Below are positions 31,934-43,200 of a stretch of DNA of 64,000 nucleotides, in pieces (the first letter of the stretch is position 1; every line of letters begins with the position of its first letter). The translations under genes were made by a program, and so were the position numbers. Location: NCBI GenBank assembly GCA_963813715.1, contig CAWFAK010000005.1:544001-608000 (forward strand), written 5' to 3'. Source of the stretch: an uncultured Planctomycetaceae bacterium (GTDB taxonomy: Bacteria > Planctomycetota > Planctomycetia > Planctomycetales > Planctomycetaceae). A model generated the notes under the pieces. That model ran no database searches, had not been told where the DNA came from, and saw only the letters and a program-made list of their open reading frames with translations.

Positions 31934-34803
31934 CTAGGGCGTGCGTTCGCGGCTCGCGGCCGTGGTGCCGGGCGCCTCGGGGAATGGGCGGATCAAGGTC
32001 AGATCAACGCCCACGTCGTTGTTGTCGGTCCCGCCGGCCCGGGCCGGGCTGTCGCTCGGCAGCTCGAAGTCGTTCTTGCGAATCGAAGCGAACGACTTGC
32101 CCTGCCACGTGTGCGCCCAGGAGATGGTGCCCGCGTTCGAGTCGTTCTCGTTGTCCCCCAGCAAGTGCTTCCAACTCTCGAAATTGAGCGGCATGGCCGA
32201 CGAGTCGCCGCCGGACGCACTCACCGACCAGTACGACGAAAACCGATCGTAGAAGTTGTGCGTTCCTTCCCAGCGGATGAGCCGCGGGAAGTCTTCTTCT
32301 TTCGTTCGTCCCGTCAGCAGAATCAGCGGAGTTTGAGAACTCGACGCGAAGACATTGTTACCGGCCGTCACATCGAGCGGGACGAGTGTGCGGGGAACGT
32401 CGCCGGCGTCCAGTTGAAGCAGGCCGCCGCCAAGGAAGCACGAGAGATGCTCCATCCGCAGCGCGATCCGTCGCATTTCAGTGGAAGAATTCTCGTCGCC
32501 CAAATTCGAGACGAAGGCTCCCTGCAACGCCACGGCCGACTCCCGACAAACGATGCGGCCCCCCTCAGTCGTGCGCAGTGCAAAGAGGGCGCAGCTGCCG
32601 CGGATCAGGCAACGCTCGAGCTCGATCTCAAACTCCGGCGGTGCGCCCATCGGGTTGGGTTGGCGGGACGGCATGGGCGTGTTGGAAGAGATGTCGACCA
32701 CCTCCGCCTGCCGGTTGCCCGGGTTGGTGACGGTGATATTCACGTTGCGACAGGTCAGCCGATCGGGACCGCCGAAGGAAAACAGCGACCAGTGATCAGA
32801 GTTCGTGGCGTCGGGGACGGTGGCTTGCACGTCGACGTCGAAGAGGTCGAGCCGCGCATTGTTGAGCGCGATCATCCGCCCCTCGAACCCGGTCGCCGGC
32901 AATTCGCGGGGCGAGAATGAAATCACCGGGTGATAGCCGCGCCCGCGCGAATCGTCACGCGCTTGCCCGAGATGCGGAACGGCTTTTCCGAAACGGCACG
33001 GATGCCGTTGAACTTCAGCTCGATCGTGCCGCCATCTTTGGCGTCGGCAACGGCCGCCTCGAGCGTGATATAGGGGGTGGGTACCTCGCCGCCATCCGAA
33101 ATGGAGATTTGTGCCGCCGAGTCGTCCGCCGCGATCGGGTTGGTTTTCAGGTTGTTGCCGTTGGCCGCCACCGGAGTCGGCGTGTCCGGCATGGGCGGAG
33201 CCGTCGACGGTTTTTCAGGCTTTGGACTTGGGGTTGGCGTCTCGGTGCGGGCGGTGGATCCGTTTGTCGCCCCGGGCACGAGCGTGCCGCCAGGCGGGTC
33301 AAAAGCCGCCTCCGGCTCCATCGGCGGGAAATCGAGCGGAGCGATCTCCGCGCAGCATCCTTCGCGACGAGTCCCTTCGCGCCCACTGGCCCGTTCACGG
33401 GAGCGGAAGCCGGCGGTCCACTGTTTCCCGTGATTGCCGGCGGCTGACTGGACGTGGCCGGCCCTGTCGACTTCGTCGGTTCGTCCGGCAGATCGATATT
33501 GTCCGGCGGCGCGCTGAAGGCGATTGGCTTGTGCTCGTTTGTGCCGCGCGGCTGCGGGGGAAATCGGTCGATCAGGAACGCGACGAGCGCGAGCACGGCG
33601 ATGCCCGCGATCCAGACTACGTTTCGCTCGATGACTGATCGCTGCTGCGGGACGTGCGAGGTCCAGACGAGCCCTTCGGGATTCACGCCGCGCAAACCCA
33701 TCTCGGCAGCGATCGGCAGCAATTCGCGGATCAGCTCGTCCGGCGTGGCGATGCGGTCGCGCGGATCGGGGGCCATCATACGGCGGACGATCGCGGAAAG
33801 TTGCGGCGAAATGCGGGCGTTCTTGGCAGCCGGATCGGGAACGTCCTTCGCCTGGTGATCCAGCAGCTTTTGCAGCACGGTCCCCTCCGGATAGGGAGGC
33901 GTGCCGGTCAGCATGTGGTAGACGGTGCAGCCCAGCGAATAAATGTCGCTGCGAACGTCGACGTTCCGCGGATCCTTCGCCTGCTCCGGCGAGATGTAAT
34001 CAAACGTGCCGAGCGTCGTGCCGGCGATCGTCAGGTCGCCGAACGATTCGGAGGCAACCTTCTTCGCCAGTCCAAGGTCGACGAGCTTCGCCCGGCCGCG
34101 GGGCGTGATGATGATGTTCGAGGGCTTGATGTCCCGATGCACGACGCCCGCCGCGGACGTATGCCTGAGAGCCGCGGCCAGCTGCAGCGTGTAGTTGACG
34201 GCCTCGCGCGGATCGAGAGCACCGTGATCGCGAATGATATCACGGATTGTGCGGCCGGTGACGAACTCGTGCGCGATGAAGTTGAGTCCGCGATCTTCGC
34301 CGACGTAATAGACGCGAGCGATATTGTCGTGATCGAGCCGTGCCGCGGCCCGCGCTTCGTTGAGAAATCGCTGGATCGAACCGCCGTCGCGGCTGAGCGA
34401 CGGGGACAAGACCTTCGAGCGCGACAACGCGATCGAGGCGCTCGTCGACCGCGCGAAAGACGGCCCCCATGCCGCCGGCGCCGATCGTCCCTTCAATCCG
34501 AAAGTGACCGAGGCTGCAACCAACGGCCGTCGGCGCACCTTCAGCCGGCGGCGCATCCCTCGGGAACAGGCGCGACCAGAGCGAGGAATCCTCGGTTCGG
34601 GGTGTGACGTTTGAATCACCCGTCGTCCCGCGCCGCTCCGGATTCACGACCGTCTGCGGGCCGTCAAATTCAATCGGGGACTGCGCGATGGGCGGGTGCG
34701 AGCCGGACGGGCCAGATGCTCGGGGCGCGCCCGAATGGGCAGAGCCCGGCTCGCCGGACCGGCCTGATAAAGACGATCCGCCGGTGGTCGGATAGTCACT
34801 CAT
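31934..34803 (-). CDS. Membrane Ser/Thr protein kinase with a beta-rich C-terminal domain; about 3 frameshifts
   Basis: IGAGGMGAVF, HRDIKPSN, DLGLAK, GTFDYISPEQ, DIYSLG; TM VVWIAGIAVLALVAFLI. Confidence 0.9.
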
Positions 34804-35281
34804 GGACGGCTGAATCTCGGCCTAGGAAACAGGATTCCATCCCTGTCGACAACCGAAGCGATGCGGCGTGTTTCGCCATCTTCCGCGGTCGTTTCCAACC
34901 GCATCGCCGTCGAGTGCAGATTGTTGGCGTGACGTCTTGCCGCGTTCGTCGCGGCCGAAACGCCGGCTGACAATCCGACTCATTTCTTCGCGGCCACCGC
35001 CCGAGCGAGAGCTGCCGAAGCGCGTGCCGTCTCGATGGGAAAATTTTGACAGGAGTCGCCGGAACTCGCCTGAAAACCCGAGCACCGGCTACACCATTAG
35101 GTTAAGTGACCCGAGGCCGGCTGACAAGAGGCAATGAGGCCCGGCCGCGCTTTTTGGACGTTTCCGACACGCATCGAATCCGAACATTTGGTCGTGCGTG
35201 GATCCCTGGCGAGCGATGAGCGTAAGCTGGCCGCTGCATTGCGTCACCGTCGCGATCGCTCATTGCCATAAACTCGACGTC

Positions 35282-36961
35282 ATGCCAACCGCGGATCAAC
35301 GATTCAAAATGAAATGGTGGGGCTGGGGATCGGAACAGATCCGCAAGGAGCTGCCTCACTCCGCCGCCACGCGGGACTATCTCCGCGCAAAGCTGGGAAT
35401 CGAAGAGTTCGCGCGCGCAGCGAATTCAAACTCGACGCACTGCGACTGCCCGAGAGCCGCGCGGACCAGCGCTGGTCGCGCACCTCGGCGCGATCGTCGG
35501 CGCGGAGAACTGCCGCATCGATCATCGGGAGCGGGCGCTGCACGCGCTCGGCAAGAGTTACAAGGATCTCCTGCGCGTCCGCCAGCTCGTGCTCGAGCGC
35601 AGCTCCCGACGCCGTCGTCTATCCCCGTAGCGAAGCCGAGGTCGCGGCCCTGCTCGCCTGCTGCCGGGAGCTGCAAGCCGCTGTCGTGCCTTTCGGCGGC
35701 GGAACCAGCGTGGTCGGCGGCGTCGAGGCCGAAGCGGGCGCGCAACGCGTCGTCGTGACGATCGATCTGGCCTTGCTCAATCGCGTGCTGGCGATCGACG
35801 AGGTCTCGCAAACGGCGACCGTCGAGGCAGGAATCTTCGGCCCCGAACTGGAATCGCGGCTGGGCGAACGGGGCTTCACGCTGGGCCATTATCCGCAATC
35901 ATTCGAGTTCTCCACGCTCGGCGGCTGGATCGCCACTCGCTCGAGCGGCCAGAATTCGCTGGCCTACGGCGGCATCGAAAAACTTGTCGAAAGTCTCCGC
36001 GATGGTGACGCCACAGGGCACAGTCGAAACGCTGCACGTCCCCCGCCGCGCCGACGGTCCTGACGTCGGCCAGATGCTGATTGGTTCGGAGGGAGTCTAC
36101 GGCGTGATCGTTTCGGCGACGGTGCGGATTCGTCGCGCACCGGCTCGAGCGCGACTATTTCATGTACGCGTTCAAGGACTTTGCCGACGGCGTCACCATC
36201 GCCCGCCAGCTCGTCCAACGCGGCGCGGCGCCTGCCCTCGTGCGTGTCTCCGACGAAGAGGAGACGGCCGCTTCGCTCGCGCTGGGCAGTCGCGGCGGGG
36301 GGACCGGATGGCGAAATGCCGTCCGGCGGATCGCGCGAAAAGCCATCGAGTGGCGGCTCGAACGGTTGGGCATCCGGCCGCCGGCCATGTCCACGCTGCT
36401 GGTCGGCCTGGAGGGAACGCTCGACGAAAACCGCCGGCAGCGGCGACTGGTGCACGCCGCTCTGCGCGGTGCGTCGTGCGTCAATCTGGGGCGGACCCTA
36501 GGTCATCGGTGGCTCGAGACGCGCTTCGATCTGCCTTACCTCCGCGATGAGCTGATGGATAACCATCTGCTGGTCGACACGCTCGAAACGGCGACCACTT
36601 GGAATCGGTTGTTCGCGTTGTATGCGGCCGTCCACGAAGCAATCCATCGGGCGGCGGCGCAAGAGGGGGAACCGATCGTCGTCTTCACGCACGTCTCGCA
36701 TCTGTATCGCGACGGCGCCTCGCTCTACTTTTCGTTGCTCGGCCGGCAGAAACGAGCCGACCCGATCGGCCAATGGTGGACGATCAAACGCGCCGCGGGC
36801 GACGCGATTCGGGCGCAGGGGGCCGTGATTAGCCATCATCACGGAGTCGGGCAGGACCACCGCGCGAAACGGGCCGCGGGCCTGTCGAGCAGCAAATGCT
36901 CGCCCAATTGAAAGCGACCCTCGACCCGGACGGCATGATGAATCCGGGCAAGCTGCTATGA
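35282..36961 (+). CDS. FAD-binding oxidoreductase, alkyl-dihydroxyacetone-phosphate synthase-like; several frameshifts
   Basis: KWWGWG, PFGGGTSVVGG, GHYPQSFEFSTLGGW, GSEGVYGVI, DTLETA, SHHHGVG, NPGKL. Confidence 0.88.
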
Positions 36962-38508
36962 GCCGCCGCCGCGCCGACATCCTCGCCGGCCTGCCCGAGG
37001 CGAGTTACGACGTGCTCGATCGTCGGCGGGGGAATCACCGGAGCGGGCATCGTGCGGGACGCCGCGGGCCGCGGACTGCGGTGCCTGCTGGTCGATAAGG
37101 GTGATTTTGCCTCGGGGACCAGCTCGAAGTCGGGCAAACTGGTGCATGGCGGCCTGCGCTACTTGAAATATCGGCAGTGGCGGCTCGTGCTCGAGGCGTG
37201 CCGCGAGCGCTGGCTGCTGCAGACGAAGATTGCCCCGCACCTGGTGCGGCCCATTCGCTTCGTCGTCCCTTGCTACGCGACGAGCCGCACGCCCCGCTGG
37301 ATGCTGGCGCTGGGGCTGGTCGCCTACGAGCTGTTGGCCCTGGGCCGCAACGCAGGTCATTTCCGAATGCTTTCGCCGCGTCAGTTGGCCGAAGCGGAGC
37401 CGGACCTGGACCAGGGCGACTGCCGCGGCGGCGTCGCGTATTTCGATTGCGCGTGCCTCGACTTTCGGCTGGTGATCGACACGCTGAAGTCGGCCGAAGA
37501 AGACGGGGCCGATCTGCTCAACTATGTCGAGTTGTGCGGAGCGCCGGCAGCGGGAGCCGCGGGCCACTTCGAATCGAGCGTCCGCAACGTGCTCACCGGC
37601 ACGTCGCATCGCGTGCGCAGTCGGGCTGTGATCAACGCGGCCGGGCCGTGGGCCGACGACGTGCAAGCCCGCCTCGGCGTCGGCGAGCGTTTCGGACTGA
37701 AACTGGCGATCGGCGTGCACCTGGTCGTGGCGCGCGAGCGACTGCCGGTGAACAATACCGTCGCGCTGGAGATCCCCGCCGACGGACGGATGATCTATGC
37801 GGCTCCCTGGGATCAGCACGTGCTCGTCGGCACGACCGATACCTTCTATGCGGGAAGCTTGGACCGCCTGCCCGTGACGACCGATGCCGTCGACTATCTG
37901 TTAGCGGGGGTCAACCGCTACTTCCCCACGGCGCGGCTGACGAACGACGACATTTTGCGAACGTTTGTCGGCGCGGCCCCTGCTGGGCGGTGAAGAGGAA
38001 GCTTCCGAAGACGCTGTCTCGCGCGACGATCGCGTGCTCAACCCGGCTCCCGGCATCTGGGCGATCACAGGCGGGAAATTGACGACCTATCGTGCGATGG
38101 CCAAGCGACTGGTCGATGGCCTCGTGCGCGAGAGCTTTGCCGACCGTCCGCTCCGCGCCTGCTCGACGACCGCGCCTCTGCCAAGCGCGAGAGATCCTTC
38201 CGGGAGACGCCTCGCCCGTCCTGCGAGATTTGTGGAGCCGCTACGGCGCCGCAGCCCGCTCGATCGAACGCTTGGCTAACGAGCCCGAATTGTCGGAGCG
38301 GATCGATCCCGGCGCGCCATTTGTTTGGGCCGAAGTCGAGCACGCTCTCGACCACGAATGGGTCGAGCGTTTGGACGACCTGCTCGATCGGCGGTTGGGG
38401 GCCTTCTTGCTGGCTCCCGAGTGTGACCTGCGACCCATCATTGCGCGTTGGCTGGAGGCCCGAGGCCATCACGTCCAATCGGCTCCGGAACCTGTCCCAC
38501 ACTTCTAA
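36958..38508 (+). CDS. glpD: FAD-dependent glycerol-3-phosphate dehydrogenase/oxidase; frameshifted
   Basis: GGGITGAG, DFASGTSSKSGKLVHGGLRYL, NAAGPW, GTTD, GGKLTTYR; ATGA overlap with the upstream gene. Confidence 0.85.
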
Positions 38509-38692
38509 CGCCCTTCACGTGGCCGTCCGCAACCCCTTCCGGTCCGTTCCCGCCCGGGCTGTTTTCTCCAAGATGACAGAATTTTAGGAAAAACGCGCGC
38601 ACCAGGCGGTGACGGGCCGGGCTTGTTCTTCCGGAGAGGGGCACGAGCTCTTCTGGTCGATGGCTCAATACAATAAGGGGAGAGACGTGGCG

Positions 38693-39387
38693 ATGAAACG
38701 GGCTTGGCTGCTGAGAGTAGGCGCGGGAATGGTGCTGGGATTGGTGGTGATCGGTCAGACCGAAGGCTATGCCGGCCATGGGCATAGCGGCGGAACACAC
38801 GCCGCCAAGGAGACGCACGAGGCGCCCAAGCATAACAGCAAGCCGGCGCCGCACCCCGCGCCAAACCGCCGTCAAAATCCCCTTCCAAGCCTCAGTCGAA
38901 AGCCCCGAAACCGCTGCCGAAGCCCAGTGTGCACAACCAGGAGCATTCGCATTCCAACGCGGCCGAGCATTCCTCGAATCTCAAGCATCCCAACGCGATT
39001 ACCTCGAATCCGAACAGCCAGAAAACGGCCAAAAACGAGACGACTCACCACGAGGAACATCACGACGGCCACCACCACCATTGGGATCATGAACGGCACT
39101 GGCATGGGCATCACCTTTACTGGTCTGGCAGCAGCTGGGTGGACGTGGCCAACGGGCAACCGGTCGTGGCCGCCGATCTGACTCCTCCCGTCGAGGCAGC
39201 CGGCGCGCCGCTCATGGACGTGGGCCCGGTACCGGTCGCCGTCGGTGCCGGCCGGCCGCAGGTCCAGTTCAACGTCGATTCCTCGGAGCGCGATTCGTAC
39301 GACGCGGCCGCTCAGGCCGCCGGAATGTCCCGCGAGGATTGGATGCGCAGCCGTTTGAACTCGGCAGCGCACAATGAACTCAGATAG
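38693..39387 (+). CDS. Secreted His-rich low-complexity protein with an RHH-like C-terminus; frameshift near 38860
   Basis: Signal peptide MKRAWLLRVGAGMVLGLVVIG; HHEEHHDGHHHHWDHERHWHGHH; QFNVDSSERDSYDAAAQAAGMSREDWMRSRL. Confidence 0.7.
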
Positions 39388-39610
39388 CGGGGCAACCCTT
39401 GTTCCCTCGTGAATCGACAAAAAACTGACCGCATCGATCTAATCGCAACAGTGGCCCCTGATTCGAGTCGATCGCTATGAGCCAGACCCCGAGCGCGCTG
39501 ATACCGAAAACGCTGGAAACTGAGCACTCATTCCCGCAGAATCAGGGCTATCGAGATGCGGACATGCGTACCGGTCTCAGTTCGCCTCTCCCTGCACTGG
39601 CCCACGCGCG

Positions 39611-40207
39611 ATGGATTCCGACGCCGACACAGACGCCGTCAGTCGCGAGTTGCTGGCCCGCGCCTGCGCGGGCGACCGGGAGGCGCTTGGGGAATTGCTC
39701 GAGCACAATCGCGATTACCTGCGCCACCTCGCCGACCGCCTGCTCGACGATCGCATGGCTCGCCGGATCGATGCGTCCGACGTTGTGCAGCAAACCTGCT
39801 TGTCGGTCCATAAGCAGATCGGCGAATTCGTCGGCCAGGATGCGGCCCAGTTTGCCGCCTGGCTGCGACAGATTCACGAACGGAACATTCGTAACGCCGT
39901 GCGGGATCAGCTCCACACCGAGAAGCGGGCCATCACGCGCGAGGAACGACTGCCCGACGGCGAGGATCACGCCATCCGCCAAACTACGCCCAGCCAACAC
40001 GTCGTGCGTCGCGAAGAGTCGGTCCGCCTGGCAAACGCCATCGGACAACTTGTCGAAGATGAGCGCGAGGCGCTGCGCCGGCGCTACCTCGAAGGGCAGT
40101 CTGTTGCCGAAATTGCCGCGGCCATGGATCTTTCCAAAGACGCATTGGCTCGCCTCTTCAAGCGAGCCATGAAAAATGCGAAGCGGCACCTGCGTGATGA
40201 CGGTTAG
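39611..40207 (+). CDS. ECF sigma-70 factor (kinase-associated planctomycete type)
   Basis: GDREALGELL...RIDASDVVQQT...FAAWLRQI; REALRRRYLEGQSVAEIA. Confidence 0.93.
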   Translation: MDSDADTDAVSRELLARACAGDREALGELLEHNRDYLRHLADRLLDDRMARRIDASDVVQQTCLSVHKQIGEFVGQDAAQFAAWLRQIHERNIRNAVRDQLHTEKRAITREERLPDGEDHAIRQTTPSQHVVRREESVRLANAIGQLVEDEREALRRRYLEGQSVAEIAAAMDLSKDALARLFKRAMKNAKRHLRDDG

Positions 40208-40246
40208 CGGACAACGCAAGATTCTTTTGGCGGCAAGGCCCGTCCC

Positions 40247-43200
40247 GTGGATGATCCCTCTCGACCTGTCGACTCCTCTGTGCCCGCCGAAGGGCACGAT
40301 TCGCGGGTCGACGCCGCTCTGCACGACTACATGGAGCGCGTCGATCGGGGCGAAGCGCTCGATACCGAGAAGTTTGTCGGCGAGCATCCGGAAATTGCCG
40401 GCGAGTTGCGGTCGCTGATCGACGCGGAAATTCAGCTCCGTAAGTTTGCCAAGGCCGCCGGCCCAGCTAGTCCACCCGACGATTCGACGCGTTCCTTCGC
40501 GCTACACGGGCAGGAAACGATTGCTCCGCAGGCCGGCTTGAATCGCGGCGACGCAGCGGAACAAAGCCGCCGTCTCAAAGATCAATTCGGCCGCTACCGG
40601 ATCGTGCCGCGTACTGGGCCAGGGGGCGATGGGCACCGTCTACCTGGCCGAGGACACGCAGCTCAAGCGGCAAGTCGCCCTCAAGACGCCGCACTTCGAC
40701 AAGGACCCCACCGGCGAACTGCTCGAGCGGCTGTATCGTGAAGCCCGGGCCGCCGCCACGTTGCGACATCCCAATATCTGCCCCGTTTATGACGTGGGCG
40801 AAATCGAAGGCACGCACTACATCTCGATGGCCTACATCGAGGGGCATCCGCTCTCGGCCTTTATCCGCGCGAACAAGCCGCAGCCCGAACGGCAGGTGCT
40901 GATCGTCGTCCGCAAACTGGCGCAGGCCCTGCAGGAAGCCCACGACCTGAAGGTCGTGCACCGCGATCTGAAGCCGGCCAACATCATGGTCGACAAGCGG
41001 GGCGAGCCGCTGATCATGGATTTTGGACTTGCCCGCCACACGCGTCCCGACGACGACGTGCGGCTGACGCACAGCGGCACCCTGGTCGGCACGCCCGCCT
41101 ACATGTCGCCCGAGCAAATTGACGCAGACTCGACGAAGATCGGTCCACTCACCGATCAATACAGCCTGGGCGTCATTCTGTTCGAGCTGCTCACCGGCCA
41201 GCTGCCGTTCCGCGGCTCGATGATGGCCGTGCTGGGACAGATCGTCACCAAAGCGCCGCCGTCGCCCAGCGGGCTGCGGCCGGATCTCGATCCGCGGATC
41301 GAGGCCGTCTGCCTCAAGATGATGGCCAAGAAGCCCGAAGACCGTTTGACTTCGCTCTCCGCGGTGGCCGACGAGCTGGCGGCCATTCTGCGAAATCCCG
41401 GCACTCGCCCGGCGTCCGCCGGCAAAGCGGCCTCCGGACTGACGCCAAATCCGGACGGGGAAACAGCGTCGGCCGCCGGCGCGGGCTCGTCCAAGATTCT
41501 CAAATCGGCGGCGGTCAAATCTCAGATCCTCAAGACAGCGGTGCAAAAGACGCTGACAGCCGCCGACCTGACCTCGCTCGAAGAACTGGCGCGGAAGTGC
41601 TGGACGCGGCACGACTACGACCAGGTGATTCAGATCGCCGAGCGCATCCCCGAGTCGAAGCGGAGCGAGAGCCTCAACTCGCTTATGGAAAAGGCTCGCG
41701 CCAAGACCGACGAAATTGCCTTCTTGCTCGTCGACATCGACGAGGCGGTGCGGCTCGAGGACCGTCGGACCGCTCTCAAGAAGGCGGAGGCATTGCTGGT
41801 CGTTAAGCCGGGCCATCGGCGAGCGCTCGAAGTTCAAGAGCGCTATAGCGGTGTGGGAGCCAGCGGGATCGTCCGCCTGAGCCCTCGGAACCTCGCACAA
41901 GCCTGGAATGAGGGAGGCTGGGTCCCCTGGAGCGTGCTCGCGTTTGGCCTGGCCGTCGTCGGCGTGATGTCCGGCGTCATCATCTGGTGGGTCAACCGAA
42001 CGGTCATCATCATCGACTCCAATGCCCCCGGAATTACCGTCGCGATCAAAGGCCAAAAAGCGTTCATCACCGCGGAGGGCACCAAGAAGATCGTGGTCGA
42101 GCCGGGCGACCAAGAGATTAAAGTCAGTTACGAGGGGCTCGAAACCGTCACCCGCGAGTTCTTTCTCAAGAAGGGCGATTCCAAGATCCTGATTGTCAAA
42201 GTCGGCGACAAAGGGCTGTTGGCCTATCTGCAGAACGAGCAGGCGCCCGACAAGGCCAAGACCGACGTCGCGCAGAAGGGCGGTGCCGGTGCCTCCTCAG
42301 AGAGTCCGCCGCCAACGCTGGCGATGATTGGCGCGGCCAAGGGTCCGCGGCCGGCGTCGCTCGCCGCTCCCTTCCAAGTTGACGATGCCCAGAGCGCTCG
42401 GCAGAAGTGGGCCGACTATCTGCAAGAGCCGGCCGAAACCACCAACACGCTCGGCATGAAGTTCGTCCTGATTCCCCCGGGCGAATTCTTGATGGGGACG
42501 CCCGCCGACAGATTCGGCAGCGCCCAGGAGAAGCCGCAACACCGGGTGCGGATCACGCGACCCTACTATCTCGACACGCACGAAGTGACGCGCGGAGAGT
42601 TCTCGCAGTTCGTCGCCGCCAGTGGATACAAGACCGAGGCGGAGCGCGATGGCGGCCGTGCAGCCACCTTCAACGCCAAAGGCGACCTGCACGAGGACCA
42701 GAACGCCGGCTGGAAGAATCCGGGCTTCGAGCAGACCGACGTCCACCCCGTGGTGATCGTCTCCTGGAACGACGCTGCCGCCTTCTGTCGCTGGCTCAGC
42801 GAGAAGGAAGGCGCAACGTATCGGCTGCCGACCGAGGCGGAATGGGAATACGCCTGCCGCGCCGGAACCATCACGGCCTACACCACCGGCAGCCATGTGC
42901 CCGACTTGTTCAAGGCCGGCAACGGACTCGGACAAGAATTTCGCGATCACTTTCATCAAAAGGGGGACGATCAGCGTCCCAACGACGGCTTCGTCTTCAC
43001 GGCGCCGGTCGGCTCGTTCCCGGCAAACTCGTTCGGCCTGTTCGACATGCACGGCAACGCTTGGGAATGGTGCCAGGATTGGTTCGGCGGCAACTATTCA
43101 CCAGAGACGGCCGTCGACCCGACGGGCGCGGAAACCGGCACCAAGCGCGTTGCGCGGGGCGGCGGATTCGATTGTGGACTCTCCGCCCGATCGGCAACCC

